The notes under the pieces were generated by a model. The model saw only the letters and a list, made by a program, of their open reading frames with translations, did no database searches and had not been told where the DNA came from. 64,000 nt of DNA from a virus. Shown here in pieces: positions 29,512-38,919 of the stretch (position 1 is the first letter of the stretch; each line of letters begins with the position of its first letter). The position numbers and the translations under genes were made by a program. The stretch covers positions 32,001-96,000 of IMG/VR virus record IMGVR_UViG_3300025636_000001. One strand, given 5' to 3'.

Positions 29512-32187
29512 TTAATAACCCGTTTTACCTGTATAAAAAGGAACAACATATTTTTTCATCTCTTTTCCTTTCTTTCCAGTTGTTCCTGGATAACCGCCTG
29601 TTTGACTTAGCATCTTTAATGCATCCGCATATGGATTAGCCCCATAAGATGGAGCACCTTTTGTAGAAGAAGTTTTAGAACCAGAACCCATTATGGTTTT
29701 AATATCTTCTTCACTAAAGCCGTCTTTTTGTAGTTGTGAATAAGCGTTAGCTCTATCTGTATAACTACCATAATTGTTAGTATTAGCTGCTGATTTATTA
29801 GCAACTATTGCAGGTAAATTATCAGCCACATTTATTACACCACCAGTTGTTGGATCTATATTAAAATATGGATATAAAGTATTTAAGTTTGCTGTGTTTG
29901 CTCTATTGGTTATAGCCGTATTCATCAAACCTGTATACTGCTCCCTATCAAGATTTTTTTCATCCATATAGTTTTGCAATGTCAACTGCGTATCATCATA
30001 CAATTTAACATCTCTATCTCTTTGCTCTCTTTTACCTGCTGCTTCTAATTGAGCATTCATTGCTAAACCTCTATTAACAGTGCCTATATTTCTTTGATGA
30101 ACTTGAGCAAAAGTATTTGCATTTTGCGCAAATGCTTTACCTTGAGCTTGTGATGCTCTAGCATTAAATGATTGAGGATTACCAAATGAGGCAGCACCTT
30201 GAGTTATAATATTTAACTGTTCATTTACATCAGCAAGTTGTCTTGTAGGTTCTTCTAAAACATAATCAGCTTTAGGTATTTCTACAGCAGGTTGCCATGG
30301 TAAAAACATCTCCCTATCTCTCATTGCAATTGCAGCAAGATTATTTAAATCCTGTGTCCAGTATTCAGGGCGTAAAGGTGCTAGACTTTTAACTTCAGGA
30401 ATATCAGATTCTTTTTTCTCTTCCTCTTTTTCTTTCTTTGGTTCTGGTTTTTTTGATTCCTTTACCTGTAATGTTTGATTCAAAGTGTTGTTACCGTAAA
30501 ATCCTTCAGCTTTAGAAATTGTTTTATTATCTGCCCAGTTACCTTTTTGATCAGGTCCGCTAGCAACATAATTTAAATTAGGGTTGTCACTTTCATTATC
30601 TGCTAAAGTAACAGCTTGAAAAAATAACTGATTCATTTTAGTTGTAGCGTCATCTATTTGATAAGCTTCATACTGATCAGGATATAATTCAGCAGTTCTA
30701 TTAAACAACTTCTGAGTATTTTCATTCTTCTTTACATCAGCTGCCTTATCACTACCTTTATCTAATTGGGTTGCATACCTGTATTCATCAGGAACTAAAT
30801 CTTGAATCTTATAATTATTTTCTTGATACTTCAAAAAGTTTTGCATTGCAACATCTTTTGTTGGTATCTGATCTTCAGCTATTCCTTGAGCAAGTGCATT
30901 TGCTTTAAACGCAGCATAAGCTCTATCAGTTGTTGCTTTCCATTCAGGGGAATCAGAAGTAAATAAACGCTCTAGTTCTTGATACTGTTTGTATCCAGAA
31001 CCTAAAGATCTACCACCTTTAAACCCATCTAGATCTATTCTTCTTCCACCTATCTGTCTACCTGTAGTTCTACGTTCTGTATTAGTATTGCTTTGAGTAT
31101 TTGTATTAGTGTTTGTATTGGTGTTTTGATTTGCTGCATCTTGATTAACACTTGTTATACCAAAGTCTGTAAGATCAGGTTCATCTTGCTTTATAGCAGT
31201 ATTTCCAAAATATTTTTCTTCAAAAGCTTTATTTTTTTCTTCATCTTTTTCAAACTGGTCTTTCGCGTCTTTAAAATCAAACACACGTGGTTGAAATACT
31301 CTGGTATTATCTTGCGCTACTGTAGGTGGTATAAAATCATACTTAAATTCATAATCATTTTTACCATCTTGAGCCTTTGGTAATTCACTACCATATTTAG
31401 CCATAGGCATTTGTTGCTGTTGTCCAGCTTGTGCCATCATCTGCTGAAGAGCTGCCATTTTTGCTTGTTCTTCAGGAGGTAAAGATTGTAACATTCTTTG
31501 TGCCGCTTGCTCTGCAGTTATATTCTCAACCTTTTGAGTAAACTCTATAGGATCAATACCCATACCTATCAAATACGGATGAGATGCAAGTGGTACTCCA
31601 TCTTCAAAATTCTTTTTTGATTCTTGAGCAAAAGCCAACTTAGATAATTTATTTTGATTTTTATCAATCATTAGTTCAGCACTCTTAAATTTTATAGGAT
31701 CTATATCCTCAGAGTCCATTGCACCAATAAATTCATTAAGTTGATATTTTTTTGATATCTGTGCTGGAGTCATTTTCTTTTTTGATTCTATACCAAATTC
31801 TGCAAGCTCTCTTCTATTAAGCTTCATCTTTTGTGTATCAGAAAAAACAAATGACTGTTCTGGTAAGAACATAGGAACACCACCACTTCCATGTCTAGGA
31901 CCAGTTATATTATATAAACCAAATTGACCATCATCATTAAGATCAGTAAGAACTGTTTCTCCACCTTCAGCTTCAATATTAGCCATATCTCTAGGTACTG
32001 AAGAAAGTGAATATCTTATTGATTTACCATCTTCATCATTAAATTGCTTGGGTGTAAGATTATTTGTAACAAGACCGTAACCAGATTGATCACCTGTGGT
32101 TGCACCACCTTGCTGCATTGTCTTTACAACCTTACCTTTTTTTAATTCAAAACCTTCAGGTAATTTATTTATTTTAATTTTTGCCAT
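29512..32187 (-). CDS. Putative virion cargo protein (891 aa)
   Basis: ANIEAEGGET..GPRHGSGGVP..VFSD segment typical of crAss-like cargo proteins; Q/N-rich linkers. Confidence 0.7.
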   Translation of the reverse strand: MAKIKINKLPEGFELKKGKVVKTMQQGGATTGDQSGYGLVTNNLTPKQFNDEDGKSIRYSLSSVPRDMANIEAEGGETVLTDLNDDGQFGLYNITGPRHGSGGVPMFLPEQSFVFSDTQKMKLNRRELAEFGIESKKKMTPAQISKKYQLNEFIGAMDSEDIDPIKFKSAELMIDKNQNKLSKLAFAQESKKNFEDGVPLASHPYLIGMGIDPIEFTQKVENITAEQAAQRMLQSLPPEEQAKMAALQQMMAQAGQQQQMPMAKYGSELPKAQDGKNDYEFKYDFIPPTVAQDNTRVFQPRVFDFKDAKDQFEKDEEKNKAFEEKYFGNTAIKQDEPDLTDFGITSVNQDAANQNTNTNTNTNTQSNTNTERRTTGRQIGGRRIDLDGFKGGRSLGSGYKQYQELERLFTSDSPEWKATTDRAYAAFKANALAQGIAEDQIPTKDVAMQNFLKYQENNYKIQDLVPDEYRYATQLDKGSDKAADVKKNENTQKLFNRTAELYPDQYEAYQIDDATTKMNQLFFQAVTLADNESDNPNLNYVASGPDQKGNWADNKTISKAEGFYGNNTLNQTLQVKESKKPEPKKEKEEEKKESDIPEVKSLAPLRPEYWTQDLNNLAAIAMRDREMFLPWQPAVEIPKADYVLEEPTRQLADVNEQLNIITQGAASFGNPQSFNARASQAQGKAFAQNANTFAQVHQRNIGTVNRGLAMNAQLEAAGKREQRDRDVKLYDDTQLTLQNYMDEKNLDREQYTGLMNTAITNRANTANLNTLYPYFNIDPTTGGVINVADNLPAIVANKSAANTNNYGSYTDRANAYSQLQKDGFSEEDIKTIMGSGSKTSSTKGAPSYGANPYADALKMLSQTGGYPGTTGKKGKEMKKYVVPFYTGKTGY
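31080..31135 (-). repeat. Low-complexity (Asn-Thr)n coding tract
   Basis: NQNTNTNTNTNTQSNTNT within the 891-aa ORF. Confidence 0.6.
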
Positions 32188-32189
32188 GA

Positions 32190-34232
32190 TTATAATATTT
32201 CTATATCTGCACCTGCAGCTATTAATGCTGCTAGCGTATCATTATCTATTTCTATTTCACCACCACCTTGCATTTCATCTTGATGTAAAAAACCTAATTT
32301 AGCAAATCTATTATGATCTGCTTCTACATTAGCTTTATAACCTTTTCCTGATACAGGATCAAACATCATATGAGGTTGAAACTCACCTCCTGATTTATAT
32401 AGTTCTTTACCATACATTGCTTGAGCATAGTAATCAACAAGATTATCTGGTTCAGCTAAACCTGAATTTGCATCAAAAGTACCTCTTTTATTTACAGGAT
32501 TTTCTGTTGCTAAATAAATATTATCTGCAGCTGTTGAATTTCTTAACTTATTTCTGTAATCATCAAACTCTTTTTGTTGGAATATTTCATTAGCTAAGTT
32601 TGCTCCTTTAACAGCAAAATCTGAGACATCACCAAAAGCCCTCATTGCTGGGTTCTCTTTAATAAATGTTTCAGCTTGATTAATTGCATTACCTATTGTT
32701 CTTTTTCTTGCAACTTTAGGTTCTACATTTTCAATAATATCAGTTTCAATATTATTAATGCTAGGTGTAGTTAAACCAAAATCTTCTTGAGTTTGTTTTT
32801 CAAAAGGTGTAGGACCTAAATTAGATTGTTTCTGTTGTAACTGAGCATCTGCTACTATTTGAGTATCTCTAGCATAATCACTTTGTCCTTGATTTTGCAA
32901 ATATTCATTCATGTCAGGTAGTGAATATTGATTTACAAAAGTAGAAAGGCTATTCATATCCGGAATTCCTAATTGAGCTTTTGGTAAATCACCTCCATAT
33001 TTAAACTCGGTATTATTATATATTTCTTTAGCTTCAGCTTTACTTTTATCCATTAAAGATTGTGAGTTTTTAACATACCATTCTTTAAAGTCTGGTATAT
33101 TAGCAACCATTGGTTTATCAGAATTTGGTATTGTTAAAATACTTCTTTGATTAGAATTAACCGGAGCTTTAGACTCTTCAATTTGAAGTGTAGGTATAGC
33201 ATTAGGTGTTAACCTTTGAATACCCAACATTATATCTCTAAAAGAATCTTGCTGTGCTTTACGCTGTCTGCCTGTAAGGTTTGCTTGTGTTCCAGGACTA
33301 TATGATCCAAAGCTTCCTTCTTCATTCATAAACATCCCCCTACCTTTATCATACTGCATTCCTTCCAGTAACATCTCTTTATCTTCTTTACTGTAGTCAG
33401 ATATGTTATTAATAAAGTCTTGTAATGCTATTGTGTTTTTGTTTTGATTTTTACCAAATGTTTTAGCTTGATTTTCTGAAAAAGCAAGAGCTCCTGTATA
33501 TTTATTTGATTCTGGATCAAAGTTAAGTCTGCTATACTTTGCAACATCTGAGGCTATTTCTTCATTAGTTCTAAGTTTACCTTTATCTAAATCTTCAGCT
33601 GTAACTATATAATCATTAGGATTGTTAGAACCAAAATCTACTTCATAAGATTTATTATCAAGTTGTTTTTGTTTATATCTAGCATTTTTAGCTTCCCAAT
33701 CTTTAAAAGTGCCATCCATTAAACCGTCACCATCTTTATCAGATGTTCCAAAAAATTTACCAGCAGCATCATCTAATAAAAATGCAGCACCTAATACATT
33801 CCCTTTAGCAGGAACAGGAGGCATATAAATAGGACGCTCATCTTGTGTAGTTGGTGATAAATAACCTGAAGAAACATTACCACCATATTGCATTGGAGGT
33901 TGCTCTTCATTTTGTGGTTGCATCATTGAAGGTTCAATTGGTGAAGGTTGTTGAGGTTGTTGTTGAGCTTGCTCTTCTTGAGCCATCATTATCTCAACAT
34001 TTTGTAGCAACTCACCAAATAATGAAGGATCTAAGCCTGCTGATTCAAAAGCCAATGTAAGCTGATCTACAGGAATACCTTGTAGTAAAAAAGTTTTTAA
34101 TATTTCTTCTGGAGATCCGCCGCTTTCTATATTATTTTTTATAACATCTGAAAGCTCACTAACTACAGGATTTATAGAATCCTTAGCTACTGAACCTCCT
34201 TCTTGATATAAACTTTTTTTGTTTGCTTTCAT
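32190..34232 (-). CDS. Putative virion cargo protein (680 aa)
   Basis: Q/P-rich, probably largely disordered, with several xxxGG motifs; in the cargo cluster. Confidence 0.65.
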   Translation of the reverse strand: MKANKKSLYQEGGSVAKDSINPVVSELSDVIKNNIESGGSPEEILKTFLLQGIPVDQLTLAFESAGLDPSLFGELLQNVEIMMAQEEQAQQQPQQPSPIEPSMMQPQNEEQPPMQYGGNVSSGYLSPTTQDERPIYMPPVPAKGNVLGAAFLLDDAAGKFFGTSDKDGDGLMDGTFKDWEAKNARYKQKQLDNKSYEVDFGSNNPNDYIVTAEDLDKGKLRTNEEIASDVAKYSRLNFDPESNKYTGALAFSENQAKTFGKNQNKNTIALQDFINNISDYSKEDKEMLLEGMQYDKGRGMFMNEEGSFGSYSPGTQANLTGRQRKAQQDSFRDIMLGIQRLTPNAIPTLQIEESKAPVNSNQRSILTIPNSDKPMVANIPDFKEWYVKNSQSLMDKSKAEAKEIYNNTEFKYGGDLPKAQLGIPDMNSLSTFVNQYSLPDMNEYLQNQGQSDYARDTQIVADAQLQQKQSNLGPTPFEKQTQEDFGLTTPSINNIETDIIENVEPKVARKRTIGNAINQAETFIKENPAMRAFGDVSDFAVKGANLANEIFQQKEFDDYRNKLRNSTAADNIYLATENPVNKRGTFDANSGLAEPDNLVDYYAQAMYGKELYKSGGEFQPHMMFDPVSGKGYKANVEADHNRFAKLGFLHQDEMQGGGEIEIDNDTLAALIAAGADIEIL

Positions 34233-34242
34233 TGATAGTATT

Positions 34243-34263
34243 ATATATAACTAATATACAAAA
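34243..34263 (-). promoter_or_regulatory. Putative phage promoter motif TTTTGTATATTAGTTATATAT
   Basis: Recurrent motif immediately upstream of ATG 34232. Confidence 0.6.
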
Positions 34264-34278
34264 TATTGACGAGATTGC

Positions 34279-37200
34279 CTAATCATTACCTGCATTCATT
34301 AATACACTTAAAATATAGTTTGGTACAGTTGTTCCAGCTTTCTTTGCATCTTTATAATGTACTCTATTAAGTTTGTCATATACTTTTTGTGCTTCTTTTT
34401 CTTTTGGTGTATTATCATATATCCCATTTACATAATTGTTAAATACTTGATATTCACCGCCTTTTGCCATTACTTTTGAATCAAAAGTATTATTATTATT
34501 TACATCTGCATACTGTTTTTTATTTTTATTATAAACTTCATTTATGTATCTATTTGATTTAGACACATAACTTTCATCACCTTTATCATTAGTAATATCA
34601 TAAATAAGGTCACCAATACTACCAAGATGATTTAATTTTGTAGATGATACATCTTTTATGTTTCCTTGATATAATTTTCTTAAACTTTCAATTTGTTCTT
34701 CAATTGTTCTATTATCCCCAGGGCCAGATAAATTTCTACCTGTTTTCAATAACAAATTTGTACCTTGATTATGTGCAAGTATAGACATATTTTTTACATC
34801 TTGATCTGATAATCCAAACTCCGGATATTGCTTTGCATAATTTTTAAATAGCTCATAGTGTTTAACTAATAAATAACTTGCTGCATCTACTGCTTTATTA
34901 TCATTGGCCAGATCTTCTGCGCTATTAATATTAAAATACTGTTTTGCAAAATTATCTAAAGAATTAAATTTTACTTTACTCACACCTAATGATATATCTT
35001 CTGGTGTTTTACCCTTCCATGCATAAGCTAGTCCTTGCAAGCCAAAATTTTGACTAGCCGCTTCTTCTGCAGTTCTTGGTGTATTAGGTGAAATTCCTGC
35101 AGAACTTTCAACACCTGTTATTGCAAATGTTGCTGCTTCCAACCAATTTTTGTCAACTGATGAATTAAGCATTTCAGGAATAGTTTGTGCATTGTATCTT
35201 GACCTTTTCATTATATTACTAACAACATCTTTTTCATTAGTTGTTAAAGGTCTTTCTTTTTTTGCTTCAAAATTAGAAATAAGATTTTCATCTACTTCTA
35301 TATTTTGATATTCAGAAGCATCATACTTTTTGTTAAGTTTTATATTTTTGTCTGGTCTTGATATCCAAGTTGTTTGAAGCTGATCATACGGCTGCTGTAA
35401 CACTTTACCGTTAACATTATGAGTTATAATGGGTTTACCATTCTTATCAAAATCAGAAACAAAACCAACGTGTGTATTAAACGTTTTTGAATTTTTCAAA
35501 GTTTCTTCATGGTACTTTGAATTAGGCCAATACAAACCAACAATGTCTCCAACTGCATAATCTGATTCTTTTGTTTGTGAACGTTGTTTAACTTTTTTGG
35601 TTATTGATTTAAGTTCTTCAGCAGATGTATCTGGGCCCAAAGTAACAAATTCAGGTTCATCATATATATTATATATACTTTTACTATTACCTGCATTCAT
35701 CATATTTTCATGAATGTCCCAAGCATTTTTATACTTTACACCTAATGATTCAGTAATTACATTGTTGTCTTCAAGTATAGAACACATTCCCGCAGCACAC
35801 CTTGGATCTTCTAATTTATTAGGTATCTTATTAAATATAAAAGATTGAGGGTCTTCACTATTTATTGAAGAATTATATTCTTGAAGAGCCTGTTTAGTTC
35901 TATCTCCAAACTTACCATCTATATTAGTTTTACCTTCTTTTGTTTTTTCAGACAAGTAACCTTTTTCTACAAGTTCAGCTTGAAGTTTTTTAACGGGTAT
36001 TTTATTATTATTAGAATATTTTTTGTAAAATTTATCTATATTATTTAAACCCAAATCTCCTTCAGAAATTAAACTTTCATATGCAGCTTTTGTCTTAGGT
36101 CCAAACTTACCATCCACACCATTTTCATTATCCCCAAAATCACCCAATAAACTACCATATCCTTCTTTAATTAAAGTTTTTTGTAATTCTTTAATTTCAG
36201 TTTCTGAAGCATTAGTATAATCCTTTTCATATTTATTTTTTGGTTTGTAATCATTTACAGTTTCTGTAAAACCACTTATTAAATTGGGTCTTTCATATTC
36301 TCTTTCTGCAATATCAAATCGTTCTTTTGTGAATCGTCTATAGTCTATTTGTTTTATTGGTTTTACATATGTATTGTCTTGAGCTACCGTTGGTTTATCA
36401 AATTGATATTCCCTTTGATCAATATCAAATTTTTTTAAATTATTTACCTTAACTAAATCTTTATTAACTGCAGGTATACTAACCCTAGTATTATCTTGTG
36501 CAACAATTCTTTGTTCTTGTTCAAACTTATCTCCAACGTTTTTAAAATAAGGTGAATCCATAAGCATAGAATATTTAGAATCTTCTGTTTTTTTACTAGG
36601 TACTTCACCTTTAAGTTGATATTTATACAATTCTCTTAAATCTTTGTATTTATCTTCTTTAGTTGCTTTCTTAAAATTTGTTTGAACATCAGGTCTTTTC
36701 TCTGTTACCCCATCATAGACAATCATGTCTATGTACTCTCTAGTTTCTTTAGGTAATTGTTTTGTCCAATCATTACTTTTATAAATATCATTACCTTTAG
36801 CTTTTTCTGCTTCTAATATGGCTTTTACTTTACCTCTCCCATAATTATAAGAAGCTAAAGCTTTAATTAATCTATTTTCTGCAGTAGCACCTGGTTTATC
36901 TATAAATGAAGCATTGTATAATTCATTCATAGACCATTCTTGAACATCATGATTCTGTCTTGGATTAAATGGATCTACTTCTTTAACACCTGTTGCTTTC
37001 TTATAATCTGTTATAACACCTTCTCCTATCTGTCCTAATCCCATGTAGCCTAAACTATTTTTTGCTTTAGGGTCTAATCTTGATTCTACAAAAGCCTGCT
37101 TATAAAGTAACTGAGGTGTTATTTTATAATTATCAAATGGTTCTGTTTTAACAGCTTTATTTAATTTATCAGATACTTTTTCAACTTGAACTGTCGCATT

Positions 37201-38919
37201 CTTTGCACTAGTTGGTTTAAGATCTGTAGTATATCTTTTTCCATACCACACAAATTCATCTTCACCTGCTTCACGTGCTGCTCTAAAAGCTTGTTTAAAA
37301 TCACCATCATCATCTCTATCACTAACACCCCAATTCATAGGATTTAAATAATCACTCCAAGATGTTTCTTCAGGTTTTTGTACGTTATCTTGTACATTAT
37401 CTTGTGCAGGAAATTTAATAGTTTGGTTTAATTTAAGATTTTGAATATCTATTCCTGGATTAGCCTTTATCAAATCTTCTTTTGATATATTGTTTTTATT
37501 AGCAATACCATAAAATGTATCTCCTGATTTTACTTTATATTCACCACCTTCTTGTAATTTATCTAACGGTGCTTTTTTATAAGCCCAAAAAGGATCCTTT
37601 TTATAAAAATTAAAATTCTCAACATCTCTCATTTTAGGCTTCATAATAGCAACATCTCCAATTTGTTTATTAAAAAGCCTTGAGTCAAGAGACATGGTTT
37701 TCAAATATGCTGGTTGAAAGTATGAATCCATACCTTGATATTTAATTGGATCTGATGGATTAAACTCAATCAAATAATCAGCACTTCCCGATCTTCCTCT
37801 AGTATTAGGAATACCATCTAAACCAGGTCTAGACTTTTTGTTATAATCAAAAAATGTTTTTCCCTTTTGAAAAAATGGTCCCGGATATCTTTTATCTAGT
37901 GAAAAACTTACACCTGTTTGTTGGTTTTTTAACGCAGCAAGTTTTTCTGCAAAAAGTCGCGGACTTATTTCTTCACCTATTTCTCTTACAGTACCTGTTG
38001 CTTGTGCATCTCTAATTGCTGGTTCCCCAACTTGTCTTAACCATTTTTCATTTTCTTTATTAAACTGTAAAAACTCTGGAAGCTTTGAGTTTATATTATT
38101 ATATGCCCAAGGGTTATATTTATATAAATCTTTCTGAATAAACTCATCCTTATATTTAGCTGCATTTTTAATAACATTTTTTCCTGCTTTAGTAGCATTC
38201 TTACCTTGCGCTAACCAAGCGGGTACTACAGGTATTGCACCTAATGCATCAAACCCAGCATCAAGATATTCTCCTTGATCTACATTACGTTTAGAGGATG
38301 CCGCATACTTTGCCCAAGCAAATGGATTGATCATATCAATTACTCCATCAAATGTATTTCTATTTTCTGCACTAATTGGTAAATTATCTGGTAAGTCTTG
38401 ATTCCTAGCCAAGTAACCAAAAGCGGTCATAGGACTTGCTAAATAGTCTACTGCTTTTTCATACCAAGCTGGTTCTTCGTAAGCAGATATAGTTGCCTGT
38501 TCACGCCCATTCTGTGCTGTAGGTAAAGCTTCTCCCCCACACTTATGACAAGTTGTTACATCATTACCACCATCTGCAGCTTTCCATGACCAACCACAAC
38601 TATTACATTTCATAGTCTTAGTTAAAAGAGCACCTCCTCTTTTATACATTGGAGTTTCAAATACAACATCACCAGGAAATTTATAATCATTACCTGGTAT
38701 CATAGCTTTACTATTACCTAAGTTATCTATACCTATAACAGGGAAGTCTACACCTTTCATAGTTATATCACCTGAAGGTATAATATTAAAAGGGTTATTT
38801 ACATCAGGACTATCTGATTTATAACCCTCTGTACTAAATATACCTGATACATGAGTTATGTATTCATTAGGTCCACCCGGTAATCCTATTCTTTCTGTGT
38901 ATTCAAATTTCTTTTTCAT
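34279..38919 (-). CDS. Multidomain virion-associated peptidoglycan hydrolase / polyvalent protein
   Basis: Zn ribbon (CNSC..CHKC); LysM (YKVKSGDTFYGIA); SLT-like (FVESR..MGLGQ..SYNYG..ETREY); two PG-binding repeats (DGKFG); CHAP/NlpC-like (CAAG..GDIV..THVG); second lysozyme-like domain (GVES..AHNQG). Confidence 0.85.
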   Translation of the reverse strand: MKKKFEYTERIGLPGGPNEYITHVSGIFSTEGYKSDSPDVNNPFNIIPSGDITMKGVDFPVIGIDNLGNSKAMIPGNDYKFPGDVVFETPMYKRGGALLTKTMKCNSCGWSWKAADGGNDVTTCHKCGGEALPTAQNGREQATISAYEEPAWYEKAVDYLASPMTAFGYLARNQDLPDNLPISAENRNTFDGVIDMINPFAWAKYAASSKRNVDQGEYLDAGFDALGAIPVVPAWLAQGKNATKAGKNVIKNAAKYKDEFIQKDLYKYNPWAYNNINSKLPEFLQFNKENEKWLRQVGEPAIRDAQATGTVREIGEEISPRLFAEKLAALKNQQTGVSFSLDKRYPGPFFQKGKTFFDYNKKSRPGLDGIPNTRGRSGSADYLIEFNPSDPIKYQGMDSYFQPAYLKTMSLDSRLFNKQIGDVAIMKPKMRDVENFNFYKKDPFWAYKKAPLDKLQEGGEYKVKSGDTFYGIANKNNISKEDLIKANPGIDIQNLKLNQTIKFPAQDNVQDNVQKPEETSWSDYLNPMNWGVSDRDDDGDFKQAFRAAREAGEDEFVWYGKRYTTDLKPTSAKNATVQVEKVSDKLNKAVKTEPFDNYKITPQLLYKQAFVESRLDPKAKNSLGYMGLGQIGEGVITDYKKATGVKEVDPFNPRQNHDVQEWSMNELYNASFIDKPGATAENRLIKALASYNYGRGKVKAILEAEKAKGNDIYKSNDWTKQLPKETREYIDMIVYDGVTEKRPDVQTNFKKATKEDKYKDLRELYKYQLKGEVPSKKTEDSKYSMLMDSPYFKNVGDKFEQEQRIVAQDNTRVSIPAVNKDLVKVNNLKKFDIDQREYQFDKPTVAQDNTYVKPIKQIDYRRFTKERFDIAEREYERPNLISGFTETVNDYKPKNKYEKDYTNASETEIKELQKTLIKEGYGSLLGDFGDNENGVDGKFGPKTKAAYESLISEGDLGLNNIDKFYKKYSNNNKIPVKKLQAELVEKGYLSEKTKEGKTNIDGKFGDRTKQALQEYNSSINSEDPQSFIFNKIPNKLEDPRCAAGMCSILEDNNVITESLGVKYKNAWDIHENMMNAGNSKSIYNIYDEPEFVTLGPDTSAEELKSITKKVKQRSQTKESDYAVGDIVGLYWPNSKYHEETLKNSKTFNTHVGFVSDFDKNGKPIITHNVNGKVLQQPYDQLQTTWISRPDKNIKLNKKYDASEYQNIEVDENLISNFEAKKERPLTTNEKDVVSNIMKRSRYNAQTIPEMLNSSVDKNWLEAATFAITGVESSAGISPNTPRTAEEAASQNFGLQGLAYAWKGKTPEDISLGVSKVKFNSLDNFAKQYFNINSAEDLANDNKAVDAASYLLVKHYELFKNYAKQYPEFGLSDQDVKNMSILAHNQGTNLLLKTGRNLSGPGDNRTIEEQIESLRKLYQGNIKDVSSTKLNHLGSIGDLIYDITNDKGDESYVSKSNRYINEVYNKNKKQYADVNNNNTFDSKVMAKGGEYQVFNNYVNGIYDNTPKEKEAQKVYDKLNRVHYKDAKKAGTTVPNYILSVLMNAGND

